Source: Camelus ferus
Lineage: Eukaryota
Length of the DNA stretch: 64,000 nucleotides
NCBI RefSeq assembly: GCF_009834535.1
Contig: NC_045696.1
Location: forward strand, 56,174,001-56,238,000
Reading direction: 5' to 3'
A model generated the notes under the pieces. That model was not told the origin of the DNA. It was given only the letters and a program-made list of their open reading frames with translations, and searched no databases. Below, piece by piece: positions 1 to 13,318 of this stretch. The position numbers were made by a program, and so were the translations under genes. Each line of letters opens with the position of its first letter. The stretch's first letter is position 1.

Positions 1-559
1 TTAAATTCCAAATGCACATTAGCAAAGATAGATCATGGATCCATCAAAAAACTTGGAAAAGTATTTTATATCTATTAAATCTTGATTTAATCAATGTCTT
101 AGACCTCTGAGAGACTATATGATGGTGAAAATGTTAAGCCAGGATAGAGTGCTGAACAACCTATAATACGGAGATAACTGAAATCTAAAACGTTTGCTAA
201 GCAAAGATGATGAAAATAAGACTTAGCTGTACTTGAAAGCAAAGAAAACCGCTATCACAACCTTGATTATTTTAGATGAAGCACAATTAAACCTAGTCCA
301 AAGATACCACAGACTGATTTGGTATATTCATTACAATAAGATTTAGGGGCTGTTTCCTTTATTTTGTGGTCCCATTTTAAAAATACTAACTTAGTGTGTT
401 GTAGACAGCAAGTTGACATTAGGTATCACACTGTTTTCCCCAGAGCTACAAAATTCCATGAACAGAGGACACTAACCTAGCAAAAGATCAATCAGACAGG
501 AATTTCCTACCACCCAACCTCTCCCAGATACGGTACTGGTGGTAATCATCATCATCATT

Positions 560-665
560 ACCTTTTGAAGATTAAAATAAGGATTAAATGTAGTAATATA
601 TGTCAAGTGCTTAGCCCAGTGCCTGGTGGAGAGGAAAGTCTCACTGAGTGGCAGCTTTTATGATT
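560..665 (+). mobile_element. MIR SINE fragment
   Basis: ggattaaatg...gtgcttagcccagtgcctgg resembles the MIR 3' half. Confidence 0.65.
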
Positions 666-794
666 AGCAGTAGTTGACCAATACCTGAAAATGCAGACTT
701 CTGAGGAGCCAAAGAGTCATCAAATTGGAAGATCAAGAAAACAATTATTTAGACAGACATCTGTAGTAGAATGCAGCTCTCTTCACTCTATGTA

Positions 795-932
795 CATTTT
801 TTTCTTCTATTTTAAATATTTGGGTGGGGTGCAGAATTAGGGTTTTTTTTTTTAATGGAGGTACTGGGCATGGAACCCAAGACCTCATGAATGCTAGGCA
901 TGCACTCTACTACTCAGCTATACATACCCTCT
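795..932 (-). mobile_element. tRNA-derived SINE (Vic-1-like, camelid)
   Basis: Reverse strand reads tatagctgagtagtagagtgcatgcctagcat...cttgggttccatgcccagtacctcc with an A-rich tail; TSD ctctatgta at 786-794 and 937-945. Confidence 0.85.
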
Positions 933-2811
933 CTCTCTCTATGTAACTGTTTTTATTTGTTTACTAACAAAACATTCCAGCACAAAACAACTGAAAGCAT
1001 CTATTTTTTTCATAGTTTCTGGGATTGCAAAGAGATGATTGTTAAAAACTAAAAAGTGAAAATCCTCTTTCCCTCACTCCTTAGTCCCACCCTCCACTGC
1101 TAAATCTTTTTCTTTCTCAATCTTTTTTGATAGGCATCACAAGAAATGAAGTCCACTTACTTAGCTATGATAACATCATCAAAAGATTATTTAGATCTGT
1201 TTTCTACTTCCAAATTTCTAAAGTTTCTGCTAGAGGTAAGATTTTACTAGTTCTTCCTTGTGTTAGAGCTATCTAAACAAATATTTAAATCAAGTAACTA
1301 CTGCGAAGAGAAAATTAATAGTTTAGTAAAGTTGTTTTAAAGGAGAAATTATGTAATTTTAATTGCCTTATAACAACTTCATTATTGCAAATAAATAAAA
1401 GTTCCTGCTTAGAAAGTTATAAAATAATGAGGCAAGTCTACCACATATAAAGTCTGCTGTATGATTGTTCATTTTTTGCATAAACTCAAATTCAGATAAG
1501 AGTATCTATTTACTGGAGGTCAGCCACCTCCAGATACTCCAGAGGAATCCCCCTGAGGTTTTCAAGAGAGAAAACGGAAAGACTGCAGAAAAGAAGAGAT
1601 TAACATAGATTCCCTAGTTACCAAAAAGACTAAAAGATCATGACTAGTATCTCAAAAAAAAAAACCTGACACCTGAATTGGGTAACTCTGAGACCACCTT
1701 TCAAAGAAAACTCAAACCTACTTCTTGAAGTCCTAATTAGCAAGAGTGACAACATTTGTTCAAAATATGCAATGTCTTAGTAAGGTACAACTTAGAAAGC
1801 TAACCTAGACAACTCTTTTTCTGACATACAACTTAGATCAGGAAAACAAACAGTTATCAGAATGAGAATTAGTTATGAGTTTTTATTTCAATGAAACATC
1901 AAATATATTAAACATTTAAAGAACAGATATACAGACAGGATCAACAAGATTTAGAGCTATATTAAACACACACAAAAGTCCTACAATGTTTATTAACCTT
2001 CATGCAATAAGATTTAGAGCTACACTAACACCCTCACCCCAAAAAACAATGCCTATTAACCTCAATGTAACATATAGCTAGCTTTGGGTCACCAAATGGG
2101 TGGTAAACTAATACTGATATTTCTTCTATCCTGGGCAGTAACATTGCTTAACACTATATAAGGGACTGAGAAGCTTGATATTCCAAATTGCCCTGGGATG
2201 TTAATTCCATTATCTCATATCATCTTTAAAACATCTATAGACAGTGACCTTGAAACTTCAGTAGGGTGATGACTATGTATAAAGGCAAGATGACAAGATA
2301 ACATATAAATAAAAAGAGTGTTTTGTTTTAGAGTTGGCCTACTATGACAAGTGATCATGGACTGACTTGCAACAAGCCCTAGATAATAATGAAGTCTTAA
2401 GCTATCAATACCAAACTGACAGTTTCTACTAAAATTAAATTAAATTAGCACAAAATAATATTATCAGAAAACTGAATTACAAGGACTGACGAAAAGCAGC
2501 GAAATAAGTTCTGGACTTAAAGATTTCTAAGATATAATGGCAAGCATGAGATACGGACTTACCACAGACATCCACCTTAGTTTCATGAGCAATTTCATTT
2601 CTATCTTGTATGAATTCATTAAAGTTAATGACAAACTATATATCACCCAAAATTATGCACTATAATCAGTAGACAAATGACACAGTTCTAATAAGCTAAA
2701 CATATATGACAAATGTAGAATGGCAATATGCCCAGAGAGCCATAGTATGGAAAGCTCAAGTGCATCAAGTGAAAGTCTGGGATAGAAAAAAAGCTGAATG
2801 GTTGTACTAAC

Positions 2812-3141
2812 TAGGGATCAGCAAACTACAGCCCAATCACTGTTTTCGTAGGGCCCATGAACTAAGAATTGATTTTAAAGATAACCATTTGCAATCAATT
2901 TAATGATATGAAATACTGATTTTGAACCCCTATTACGAGAAATGTTATAGACGCCCCCAAAAGAACTCAATTCCTCTAACAGACTTGTATTATTATCTTA
3001 ATTTTAATTTCATCAATGAAAAATTTGTGGGAATTTGTTTTCTCTTTTGTTACATATCTTTAATATCCTTGATTTGCATTTTAGCCTACAAAAACCTAAA
3101 ATATTTTATCTAGCTCTTAACAGAAAGTTTGCCAACTCCTG
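2812..3141. mobile_element. hAT-Charlie MITE (MER58B-like)
   Basis: Terminal inverted repeats tagggatcagcaaact ... agtttgccaactcctg, about 330 bp. Confidence 0.75.
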
Positions 3142-4435
3142 TATAACAACATTAATTTGAATAACAATAAGGAATATACAGGCTTTTAGGAAACAAAGAA
3201 ATCAAACTATCTGAACTTACATCTAAGTGTAGTGTAGGAATCAGGAAAGAAGTGGATCTGTCAAACTAAGGTTAAAACTTCAATTTGAGACTAAAAGATG
3301 GTTACCAAAAAAGGATGGCAAATACCAGTGGTCGCAGGTGCAAATCATAGATTATATGGACTGTAAGAAAGATTCTTGATTACACACTAGTGTTTTCAAC
3401 CACACTTGCATGATACCTAGCAAAAACATCTTATCAAAAGTAACATTTTAATAAAATGAAGTACAAGGATTTTAAAATAACAATCATAGTCCTGTGTATA
3501 ATCAGTAAAAACTGAGGAGCTATGGCTCAGTACAATAAAAACTAAATTCAAACTGTCCAGATACAGAACAGGCTGCATTCCAAAGTAGCCATCTGATGCT
3601 GGAAGTATTCAAGAAAACAATAAAAAAAAAAAATTGTCAGAATGTAACTAAGAAGTTTCTTTCACTGGATGGAGAATTGGACTATATAACCTCTAAGGAG
3701 ATTTTCAATTTTCTGTGTCTATGAAACATTTGGAAAATCAAGAATAAAGCCCAAAAGACAGTAGGTATTGTTGCTTTGAACAAACTATAACCTCAGAATG
3801 AACCAACCCAGTAGTCTAAATATACAATATACACACTACATTTTTTTTAAAGGGGTAAGAACTTATCTAAAGTCTCAAATATTAAAAACTTTAAAATCTT
3901 AGTGCTGCTGTTCTTAATGGACAACATTAATTCCAAGACAATAATACCTTGAACCTGGTGTTGTTAATAAAGGTGTTGATGGACCTAGTAAACAAAATTA
4001 TATTAAACCTGAAAGTCAAAAATCTGCTTCTACCAAGGGGTCTAATCATACATACTCATTCTTTCATTTTATAAATACTTAAATATTGAATAAATATAAG
4101 TATCTCCTATGTGCTCAGCACCGTATTACGAGCAGAGAGTACATAGTAAGCAAAAATAGTTTGTGTTTTTATTCAGTTTATATTTTAGTGATCTATAGCT
4201 TTAACTATCTTAAATAAAAGTTATATCCCTTTCGTGCATCAGATAGCCAAAACAACTTTTCCAATATCACACAACAGAACAATAACTCAATTAGAAAGCA
4301 AAAGGCTGGGTTCTTATACTTCTTCTATGGCTGAACTTGCTATGTGACTTAGATCATTTTCTCCATTTCTTAAATTTTGTGTGTGTGTGTGCGCGAGATA
4401 CGGGTTCTTAGAGACTAGCCACAAGATTACTTCTA

Positions 4436-4585
<150 letters not shown>

Positions 4586-5193
4586 TTATTAATACTCTGC
4601 AGCTTAAGTTGCGTGAAAAACTGTACACATTTTCTAATTTTACTTCGATCAGAGTAAATATCAGAAGGAAAGACTGTTTAATCCAAAACAGGGAGGAAAA
4701 CGTCATCAAACTATCCCTAATGCATTTTAAAATTGTGTTAAACTTACTCAAGAGGAAACAGGACAACAAGAATGCTCCAATAAATGGTAATGTCTATTTA
4801 ATTATCAAATATCAGATGTTCAAGTTTTCAACAACCAAGACAGGGCTTATAGTACAAAAACATAGGGCATGATTATTTACTTATCATACTTAAAAATAAG
4901 TCAAAGTGACACAATCTCTGTACATTAGCAGGTGCTTACACAGAATAGCAGCAAGGGTTCAACCTCCTATACACAAGGTTGTAAGCCAATGCAAATTCTG
5001 AGAAAACATCTTAAGACTTTAAACTATTGACTTTTATGTTGTAATGTGACTGATAGAAAAATGTGCTTAAATATATTACCATTTAAAATGCAAAGAAAGA
5101 ATACATTTTATTTTACAAATTACAAAATAATTTACTTTTAAGTCGAAGCAGAAACCTCAATCCTAAGAGAAATCCTTAAAAACAATTTAACAA

Positions 5194-5336
5194 GGGGGAG
5201 GATATATAGCTCAAGTGGTAGAGTACATGCTTAGCATGCAGGAGGTTCCTGGATTCAATCCCCAGTACCTCCTCTAAAAACAAACAAATAAATAAACCCA
5301 ATGACCTCTCCCACAAAAATAAAAAATAAATAAACT
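5194..5336 (+). mobile_element. tRNA-derived SINE (Vic-1-like, camelid)
   Basis: gggggaggatatatagctcaagtggtagag (A box)...ggattcaatcccc (B box), A-rich tail; degenerate TSD taaaaacaatttaacaa / taaaaattatttaacaa. Confidence 0.88.
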
Positions 5337-6692
5337 AAAAATTATTTAACAAATTTTAGTAATTTATAAATAAATGTAATGAATTAAAAAAATAACCGAA
5401 AGCATGCATCCTGGCTTACCCAAGACAGTGTTGGTTTAGATCTACTGTCCGGGGATAATTACGAACAGCACTCCCTTCTCTCTTAAAATTACTACCAAAT
5501 GGGAAGACAAATTATATGGGTACTCTGTTCATAGCCCATTACTTAAGACTTCCTGTAAGAAAAAGCTAATTTTCAGTTTCTGGATTCCTGGGTTTTAAAT
5601 GAACTAACAATCAAGTGCTTTAGGAAGATGAACATAAATCACTGCTGAGCTTTCCTTCTACCAGTAGGAAGGAGAAGAATGGTGAATGGCATGAGGACAG
5701 CAAACAATTTTAGAAGTCTGATGTAGTGAGATGAAATTGGAAATTCCTGCTCCAGGGACTTCTTTTTACTGATCCAGAAAAATAATGACACAAAATTCAT
5801 TAAAGAAACTCTTAAGTTGATTTTGTCTAGCTACTCTTTCAAACACCACTGTTAAAAATATTTCTAGAATTATTTTATTAGTACATTTCTAAATTTCTTT
5901 ATTTTCGTTTATAAATCTTTGAGTCTTAAGAGCAAGGGTCATAAATCTAAAAAAGGAGGCCAAATCTAGGATTTCAGTAGTTCGAAAGTGAGTTCTAAGC
6001 CTAGAAAGTCAGAATCTGGTTTTACTCGGGCAAAGGAGGCTACTGGAAAGTAAGTCCTCACAATGTCCAGCAAACTGATTCCTAATAGAAAAAACAGTAT
6101 ACCTGTCCTTTTGTGAGAAGATTCTTGAAGAACTGCTAGGCATATGGACATTTACAGAAGTAATGTACTCTTAAGAGGGTCAAAGGTTTATATAAACATG
6201 CCTTAATACGTCAGACGATATATCTTTTTTAAAAGAAGGAAACTGCATTTATTTTAGGTGACCCTGGCACAACTCAGCCCAGGTACGCAGATGATTAGCT
6301 GCATATATGTGAACTAAATATAAAGCAGCTGGAAAATCCAGTGACACCTCCAAAGATAAAGAGCTGAAATTTACTATTGGGGAAGAATCAAGTTAACAAA
6401 TATCACAAAAGAACCACAAAAAGAACAACACTTTACATTTCTACAGTACTTTCACTAACATTTTATTTAATCCTCATAGCCACTCAGAAAGGCAGGCAGA
6501 ACTGTTAGTAATCTCCACTTTACAGCCTAGCTAAGTAGTAATAAACCTGAACTCAAATCCAGGTCTACTCCAACCAAAATCTCCCTTTCACTATTTCTCA
6601 CGTGTCCCTTAACATATGCCATATAACTTAGCCATGATGAAACTCTGAGCACTAAACACACACAATTATTATTATACTCTTTGTTTTCTAGT

Positions 6693-6880
6693 GCAGCAGA
6701 TCTCAAAGTATGATCTGCAGAGCCTTGGGCCTCCTGGATCTTTTCAGAGGTGCTGAGGACAACGTTACTTTCCTAAGAATACTAAGATGTTATCTGCCTT
6801 TTTCACTATGTTGACATTTGCACTGCTGGGAATGAAATGATGGGTAAAACTGCTGGCCTCTTGGCACAAATCAAAATGTT
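6693..6880 (+). mobile_element. hAT-Charlie DNA transposon 5' fragment (Charlie1-like)
   Basis: cagcagatctcaaagtatgatc...aatactaagatgttatctgcc...gttgacatttgcactg resembles the recalled consensus. Confidence 0.6.
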
Positions 6881-7730
6881 CTTTGGCATTTTGCCCTTTG
6901 GCAAAATAAAAATGGTAGTAATGTGTTTCTGTTTAGAGGTCTTCGTTCCTATTAGAGAATTTCTACTTGTAACAAAAGACAGAAATTATCCAAGTTCTGT
7001 TTTTTTCTTTGTTTTCTGTTACCGTGGGGTTTTTTATTTTATCTTTTGTTTGTTTGGTATTTGTATGCTTTTGTTTGGTTTGGACTAAGGAATTCTCTTC
7101 AGAAACAGTATATAACAATAAAATAATTTTGACCTCCACCTGCACACCACCCTAAAGTTGCTCTTGCTCCTCCTTTCTTAGCTTCCTATTTATGACCAGC
7201 TGACCATACACTGTATGCTCACTCCTCCTAGTGGGCTAAAAAGGGGTGGAAGAGGAGGTCACTGAAGAATGAAGCAAACTGTCTCTAATTCCTTCTATCC
7301 TTAGAGGTTTTTTTGCAACAACTTCTACAGAATCAGTGGGTTTATCTAAACCACTAATGAAAAAATTGGAATTATTCCTTTTCAGCTGACCTAAAATTAA
7401 ATAACTAATTGAGATAGCATGGTACAAATGTCAGTAATATGGTCATCCTATCACTTATTTAAAATTTTAAGTTAAAAATTAACCATAACCCTAAATAAAT
7501 CATATAACTGCAAAGGAATAGCCTTATTATCCTCTCTTTTAATCCAAGAAACCTAAAAGTAGAATAGTAAATATACTTTAATCCTAAAACATGAAATTAA
7601 AAAAAAAATTCTACACATCTTTGTATATCAATCTTTACAAAGAAACATATTTCAGGGCATATTTATCTTTATACTTAAGTATAGATTAGTAATCCTAAAC
7701 TACTAAACATAAGATGCAATTAATAATTAC

Positions 7731-8250
7731 TGTCTGAAAGATCTGTCCAATGATGTTAGTGGGGTGTTAAAACCTCCTACTATTATTGTGTTCCCATCAA
7801 TTTCTCCCTCTATGTCTGTTAGTATTTGTTTTATACATTTAGGTGCTCCTATATAAGAGAAGTAAGCCAGAAAGAGAAAGAAAATACCATATGCTATCAC
7901 TTATACGTGAAATCTGAAAAAAAAAGAAAAAGGGCACAAATGAACTTATTTACAGAAAAGAAACAAACTCACAGACATAGAAAACAAACTCAAGGTTACC
8001 AGGGGGAAAGGTGGTGAGAAGGGATAAAATAGGAGTTTGAGATTTGCAGATACTGACTACTATATATAAAACAGATGAACAATAAGCTTGTACTATATAT
8101 AGCACAGGCAACTATATTCAATATCTTGTAGTAGCCTATAATGAAAAGTAATATGAAAATGAATATATATGTATGACTGAAGCATTATGCTGTACACCAG
8201 AAACTGACACAACTTTGTAAACTGACTATACCTCAATTAAAAACAAAATT
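7731..8250 (+). mobile_element. 5'-inverted truncated L1: inverted endonuclease fragment (7731-7853, minus) plus 3' end (7854-8250, plus)
   Basis: Minus piece translates IGAPKCIKQILTDIEGEIDGNTIIVGGFNTPLTSLDRS (L1 ORF2 EN); plus piece is an L1 3'UTR ending actgactatacctcaattaaaaa; aattac occurs at both ends. Confidence 0.85.
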
Positions 8251-8273
8251 ACAAGTCATTATATTCAGATTCA

Positions 8274-8420
<147 letters not shown>

Positions 8421-10914
8421 TTAAATCTAAACCATGAAAAGAACCTAAACTGCTATCATTCACAATACCAAATGTTTATCTAGGATTCCCACAGTTTCAA
8501 TCATGCAACATACAAGAAAAAGAAAATATGAACCATTTTAAGTATCTCTGACAAAGGAAATCTGTAATTTTAACATACCACCCTGAAAAAAAGAACAGTA
8601 ATTCTTAGAGAATGCATTTGTCAATGGTCACTAAGGAAAAAGATTTTTTAAAAATCACACAAGGACAAATGCTGAATTTCTTCTAATCCTGTTCCTTGAA
8701 TTCCACCTCTAAAATACAAAGGAAGGGCAGAAAAATAAGAGGTACTCCCCTCACCAAAAAGCATAGTAATAGAATATGAGAATGAATATTTTTTTTATCC
8801 AATATGCTAAAGGGTAAGAAATTGTCCACTCTAATTCAACTTCTGACAGAGTACCCCAAGGTGACCCAATCTACTTTATTTTTCTACCATCTTGGTCAAT
8901 TTATTAACTGTCTAAACATTCATTATCCAGTAAAAAAGATAGGCCCTTTCCTGTAGGTGGGGATGATTCACAGCCCACGAAGTCTAACTCTGCAGTTGTA
9001 AGTTTAATCACATGTTCTCTTAATCCAACTTTCTTTCCAAATACTTTGTGACATGCATTTTAAACATTAAAGTAAGTTAAAATTTGTTTCTTTTGAAATG
9101 TTTCTTGAGGTAACTTGAGTACACATAGAAATAAATAAACTGCTATAGGAGCTAACCATTGTGACACAAAGAAATAGAGATAAATACAGGAAATAAACAC
9201 AAAAACAAAAAGTGGTAAAAAGGTAAGAAAAGTTTTAGGTAAACATACAGGAAAATCAGAGTACAGAGAGGTGAAAGTAGTCACAAAGGTTTCTTTTGGG
9301 CTTTCTTTTCTTCCATTTATTTCTGGTCAATGGTAACTCTGATCATAACCTGTTCTCGCATCACAAGTTTTGACGGTGGGGGGTAGTTTATTTTTTAACA
9401 TTCTTCTCAAGTATTGACACATAGCAACCATTTCATAAATTACTATTATTCTGTTTTTTAGGCTACATGAAATATAAGACACATTTCCGGCATAACTGAT
9501 ATAAACTTTCTACTTTATAAAAGATTTTTTTAAATTAGCAAGACAGATTTCAAATACATAGAAAATATATTGAAGATTAAGAAGGTAATATCAGAAACTC
9601 CACAGCCTGTAGACTTCACTGATTGATGGCACTACCTTCTTTCTCTTTAGGTGAGGCTGCCTGCAACTTCCTGTCTCTTGAGGGTTGAGAGTGTTCAGTA
9701 CAGTGATCACCAACTAGCACTTCACATACTTCCTGGCTCTCTTTCATTAAGTAAAGAATTATGAACAAGAAGGCAATACTGTTTTGTTCAAGTCACCACC
9801 AACCTGGCACTAAGAATCTAAAGTGCGGCCCAAGCTCTACTTGCCCAGACCAACTGTTAAAAGCAAAAAAGGCAGCTTTGTTATCAGAGCTATTAAAAAT
9901 GAACTATTACAAGTGAAATCCCTACTCCAAATATGTTAGAACAAAGTGATTTCTATGTCCCAACAAAATGGCCCACAGCAAGTGTTTTGGAGAACAGAAA
10001 CTCCACTAAACTTGATGTCTCATAAGTATTTTTACAATCCATACCAGTCAGTCACTCTCAGTGGGGAAGACATCCCCATAGCAAGAAAATTCATCTATTT
10101 TGGGCAGTTTGTCCTACAGATAATATGTAGTAGTACTTCATTCAAGCATCAAATAAGAGTTTTGATTTAATATCCTTCACCCTTTCTTATAGTTAGTTGA
10201 AGGGACAGAGTTACAGCCTGCAAAATGAACTGGATCCTGTGATAGGTGTCTCAAATTAGGAAACTGTAAGAAGGGGATAGTCTAAAAGAGGACACTCCTG
10301 TAAGACTAAGAATTAACTTATGACAAAGCAAACGTGCTTGTTTTTTTAAGACTCTCTCCCAAGAGACAGCCTGTGGAGAATGTATCCTACATTAAATCTA
10401 AAATTTAAACAGCGAATTGGTATAGAAGTATTACAAAGTAGGAATACAGATACTAGCAGGTGTGGGTCAATATTGATAAGAAACTGAGTTGAAAAGTAAG
10501 AATTTAGTGAGGATGAAAAAACTGGAGAGGATCCAGGTTACATGGAGGTGTATTAAGGACTAAGAGGAGAGAGATTACTCTAGGTGGTTACACTAGAGAC
10601 TAAGTAGAAGATTAACTGCCCAAGTTACATGGGGATACAGGCTTGATTTTATGTTGAAAGGTTAGATCAGAGATGATCTACAAGATGCTGAATACTATGG
10701 AAATGAAAAGGATCAAGTCTTATTACACTATATATCATCACAGAATGAGTTTAAGACAAAAAGTACATTGGAATTTGCTTTAAAAAAAAGGAAGAAAGAA
10801 ATAAGACACTAAATTAGAGAAAAAGTTAAGAAAACACTGCTATATACCTTTTACCTCATCTCTAAAATGAGGTTAACTCTAAAGAAGATACACAGTAATA
10901 TATAATAATCAGTA

Positions 10915-11490
10915 TTTTTTAAATTAGTTTTTATTAAAAAGTAATATATATACATAATGAAAATTCAAACAATACAAAAAGTATGATCAATGAAAAAGTA
11001 AGTTTCCCAACTCACATGTAGCAACCACTTCCAGTTTTCCTTCCTAGGAGTAATCAATGCTATGAATTTATTATATATCATTTGAGAAATAAGCCATGCA
11101 TTTATCTGTGCACATATGGCTATACTCTGTGTTTTTAAGATACAAAAAGGAACATACTATACAGAGTCCTGACCTTGCTTTTTGAATTTAATATTTCTTA
11201 GAGATCATTCCTTTCAATTTATAAAGAGCTACTCCATTCTTTTTAATGGCTGCACGTATTACATTTTATGTGTTATGTACTGTAATTTATCTGGTCATTT
11301 TCCTACTGACATTTATAAACAATGCTATGAAAAAATTCTAGTATATATACTATTTTGTAAATGTGTATTTGTAAGGGAGTAATTCTTAGGAGTTAAACTG
11401 CTGGATGAAAGATTATACACATTTATAATTTTGAACTTACCAAAATACCCTAACAAGAAACTGCACTAGTTTATACTCCCTGAATAATGG
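10915..11490 (-). mobile_element. Ancient L1 (L1ME-like) 3' fragment
   Basis: Diverged antisense L1 3' motifs (ccattctttttaatggctgc, aaactgcactagtttatactccc). Confidence 0.6.
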
Positions 11491-11599
11491 TAACAATATT
11501 TTTAGACTGACAGTGTAAAATTAATATATTTTAAAGAGCATATAGGGCAGGGGGGTGGGGTAGGAGAGAAGAAAGGGAGAAGAAAAGAGAGCTAGTTTA

Positions 11600-11779
<180 letters not shown>

Positions 11780-12689
11780 TCAGAATCCTTAAGCAGGAAA
11801 CAAAGTAACAGATTTTCAGAACAGAACAGGTGAAATGCTGGGGACTGTTAGCACTCAATCTTCCTTTAAGAAGTTTCGTATCATTTCTACATTAATCGGC
11901 TAATTAAAGTTTAATTAGTGTTATATTTGTACCATCCTTTAATAGTTTAAAAAAGGAAATTTTACGTGTTTTATAATTTTTTATTTTACTAACATCTCAC
12001 CACAAGCCTGTGTTTTCCTAAACACAGATTAAAAAGCTCAAAAGGGTATTCCCAAATCATGTGGCTAATTAAGTTAGCAACATTTAGACCAGAAGCCAAG
12101 TCTTCTGTTTTTTAAGATCATTAATCTTTAAAACTATTTACAGTTTCATCTTTAGAGTAATATTTTTCTGAGATGTTAGAGGTTACTGACATAGAGGTCT
12201 GGGGAAACTTACATGTGAACCGAGAATATCTATAATCAACGATCTATTAAGACATCAGTAACTCTGTTAACAGTATCACCACTCTTCCTGTTAATATCCT
12301 TCATAATTAGGTAGATTTTAAAATGCCATTTAAAAATAGATTCTAGCTGACTACTGACATCAATTTAAAAGAATATTTATTTGAATTTTATCACAAAACA
12401 AGATACACTGAGAAACTGGGTCTGCATGGAAGAAAGAATTAGACCCTTGACTGGGAAAGAGAGGATCTTTGTGAAGAAAGTGATTATAGCTTAAACCTAT
12501 TTATTCCAAGGTCAGTGTCCTGGTTCACTTATAAATTTTTCTGTCTATTCACCTCCTGACCTCTACTACAAAGTTATATATCATGGAAAGAACTTTTGAA
12601 ATGATTCAAACCAAAGATACCAGTATCTTGGTAAAAAACCAACAACAACAAAAAAAGACAGTTAAAAGTCAGATAAAGCACTGACATAC

Positions 12690-13073
12690 GGTACCATCTA
12701 CATGTGAAGTGGTCTTGACTCCTACAAAAATATACCTAATCACTGATTTACAGGAAATACTGAGGACAGAGGAACATATTAACACCATAGTAATCCCATC
12801 AGCAAAATCCAGACTGAAATACTGTACATCAAATGACCCAGTGTCAAACAGCAAAGCTATAAAACATTAGAAACATTAGGGGAACATCTGTCAATTATAA
12901 CATATGGACTTTACTTGGATCCAAACTCCAACAAAGAAACTTTAAAAAGATATGTATAAGACATACCAGGAATACAAACCATGACTGAATATTTAATGAT
13001 ACTATAAAGTACTATTTATTTGTATAGGTAAGACAATGGCATTGTAATTATGTTTTTAAAAAGAAAGTCCTAT

Positions 13074-13108
<35 letters not shown>

Positions 13109-13318
13109 TTATACACCCCCCCCCCAAAATACTTGCAGATGAAAACAGTAACTGTGATTTGCTTTAAAATAAAGGAAGGGGGAGCAGAGGGTGGTACAGA
13201 TGAAATAAGAGTGGACATGAAATGATAACTGTTGAAGCTGTGTGATGGGTACATGGGGTTTCACTATTCTATTTTCTCTACTTTTACTTATATTTGAAAT
13301 CTTCAATAATAAAAACAA
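12690..13318 (+). mobile_element. Ancient L1 (L1MC/ME-like) 3' end containing a (TATT)n tract at 13071-13110
   Basis: gttgaagctgtgtgatgggtacatggggtttcactattctattttctctacttt...tttgaaatcttcaataataaaa. Confidence 0.7.

Noticed and set aside
5260..5300. Acceptor-like tttgtttgtttttag in the antisense SINE of intron 6
   Set aside because: No plausible donor at exon distance downstream
10930..10935. AATAAA on the gene strand at an old L1 3' end in intron 5
   Set aside because: The hexamer is very frequent in this AT-rich sequence; no supporting evidence
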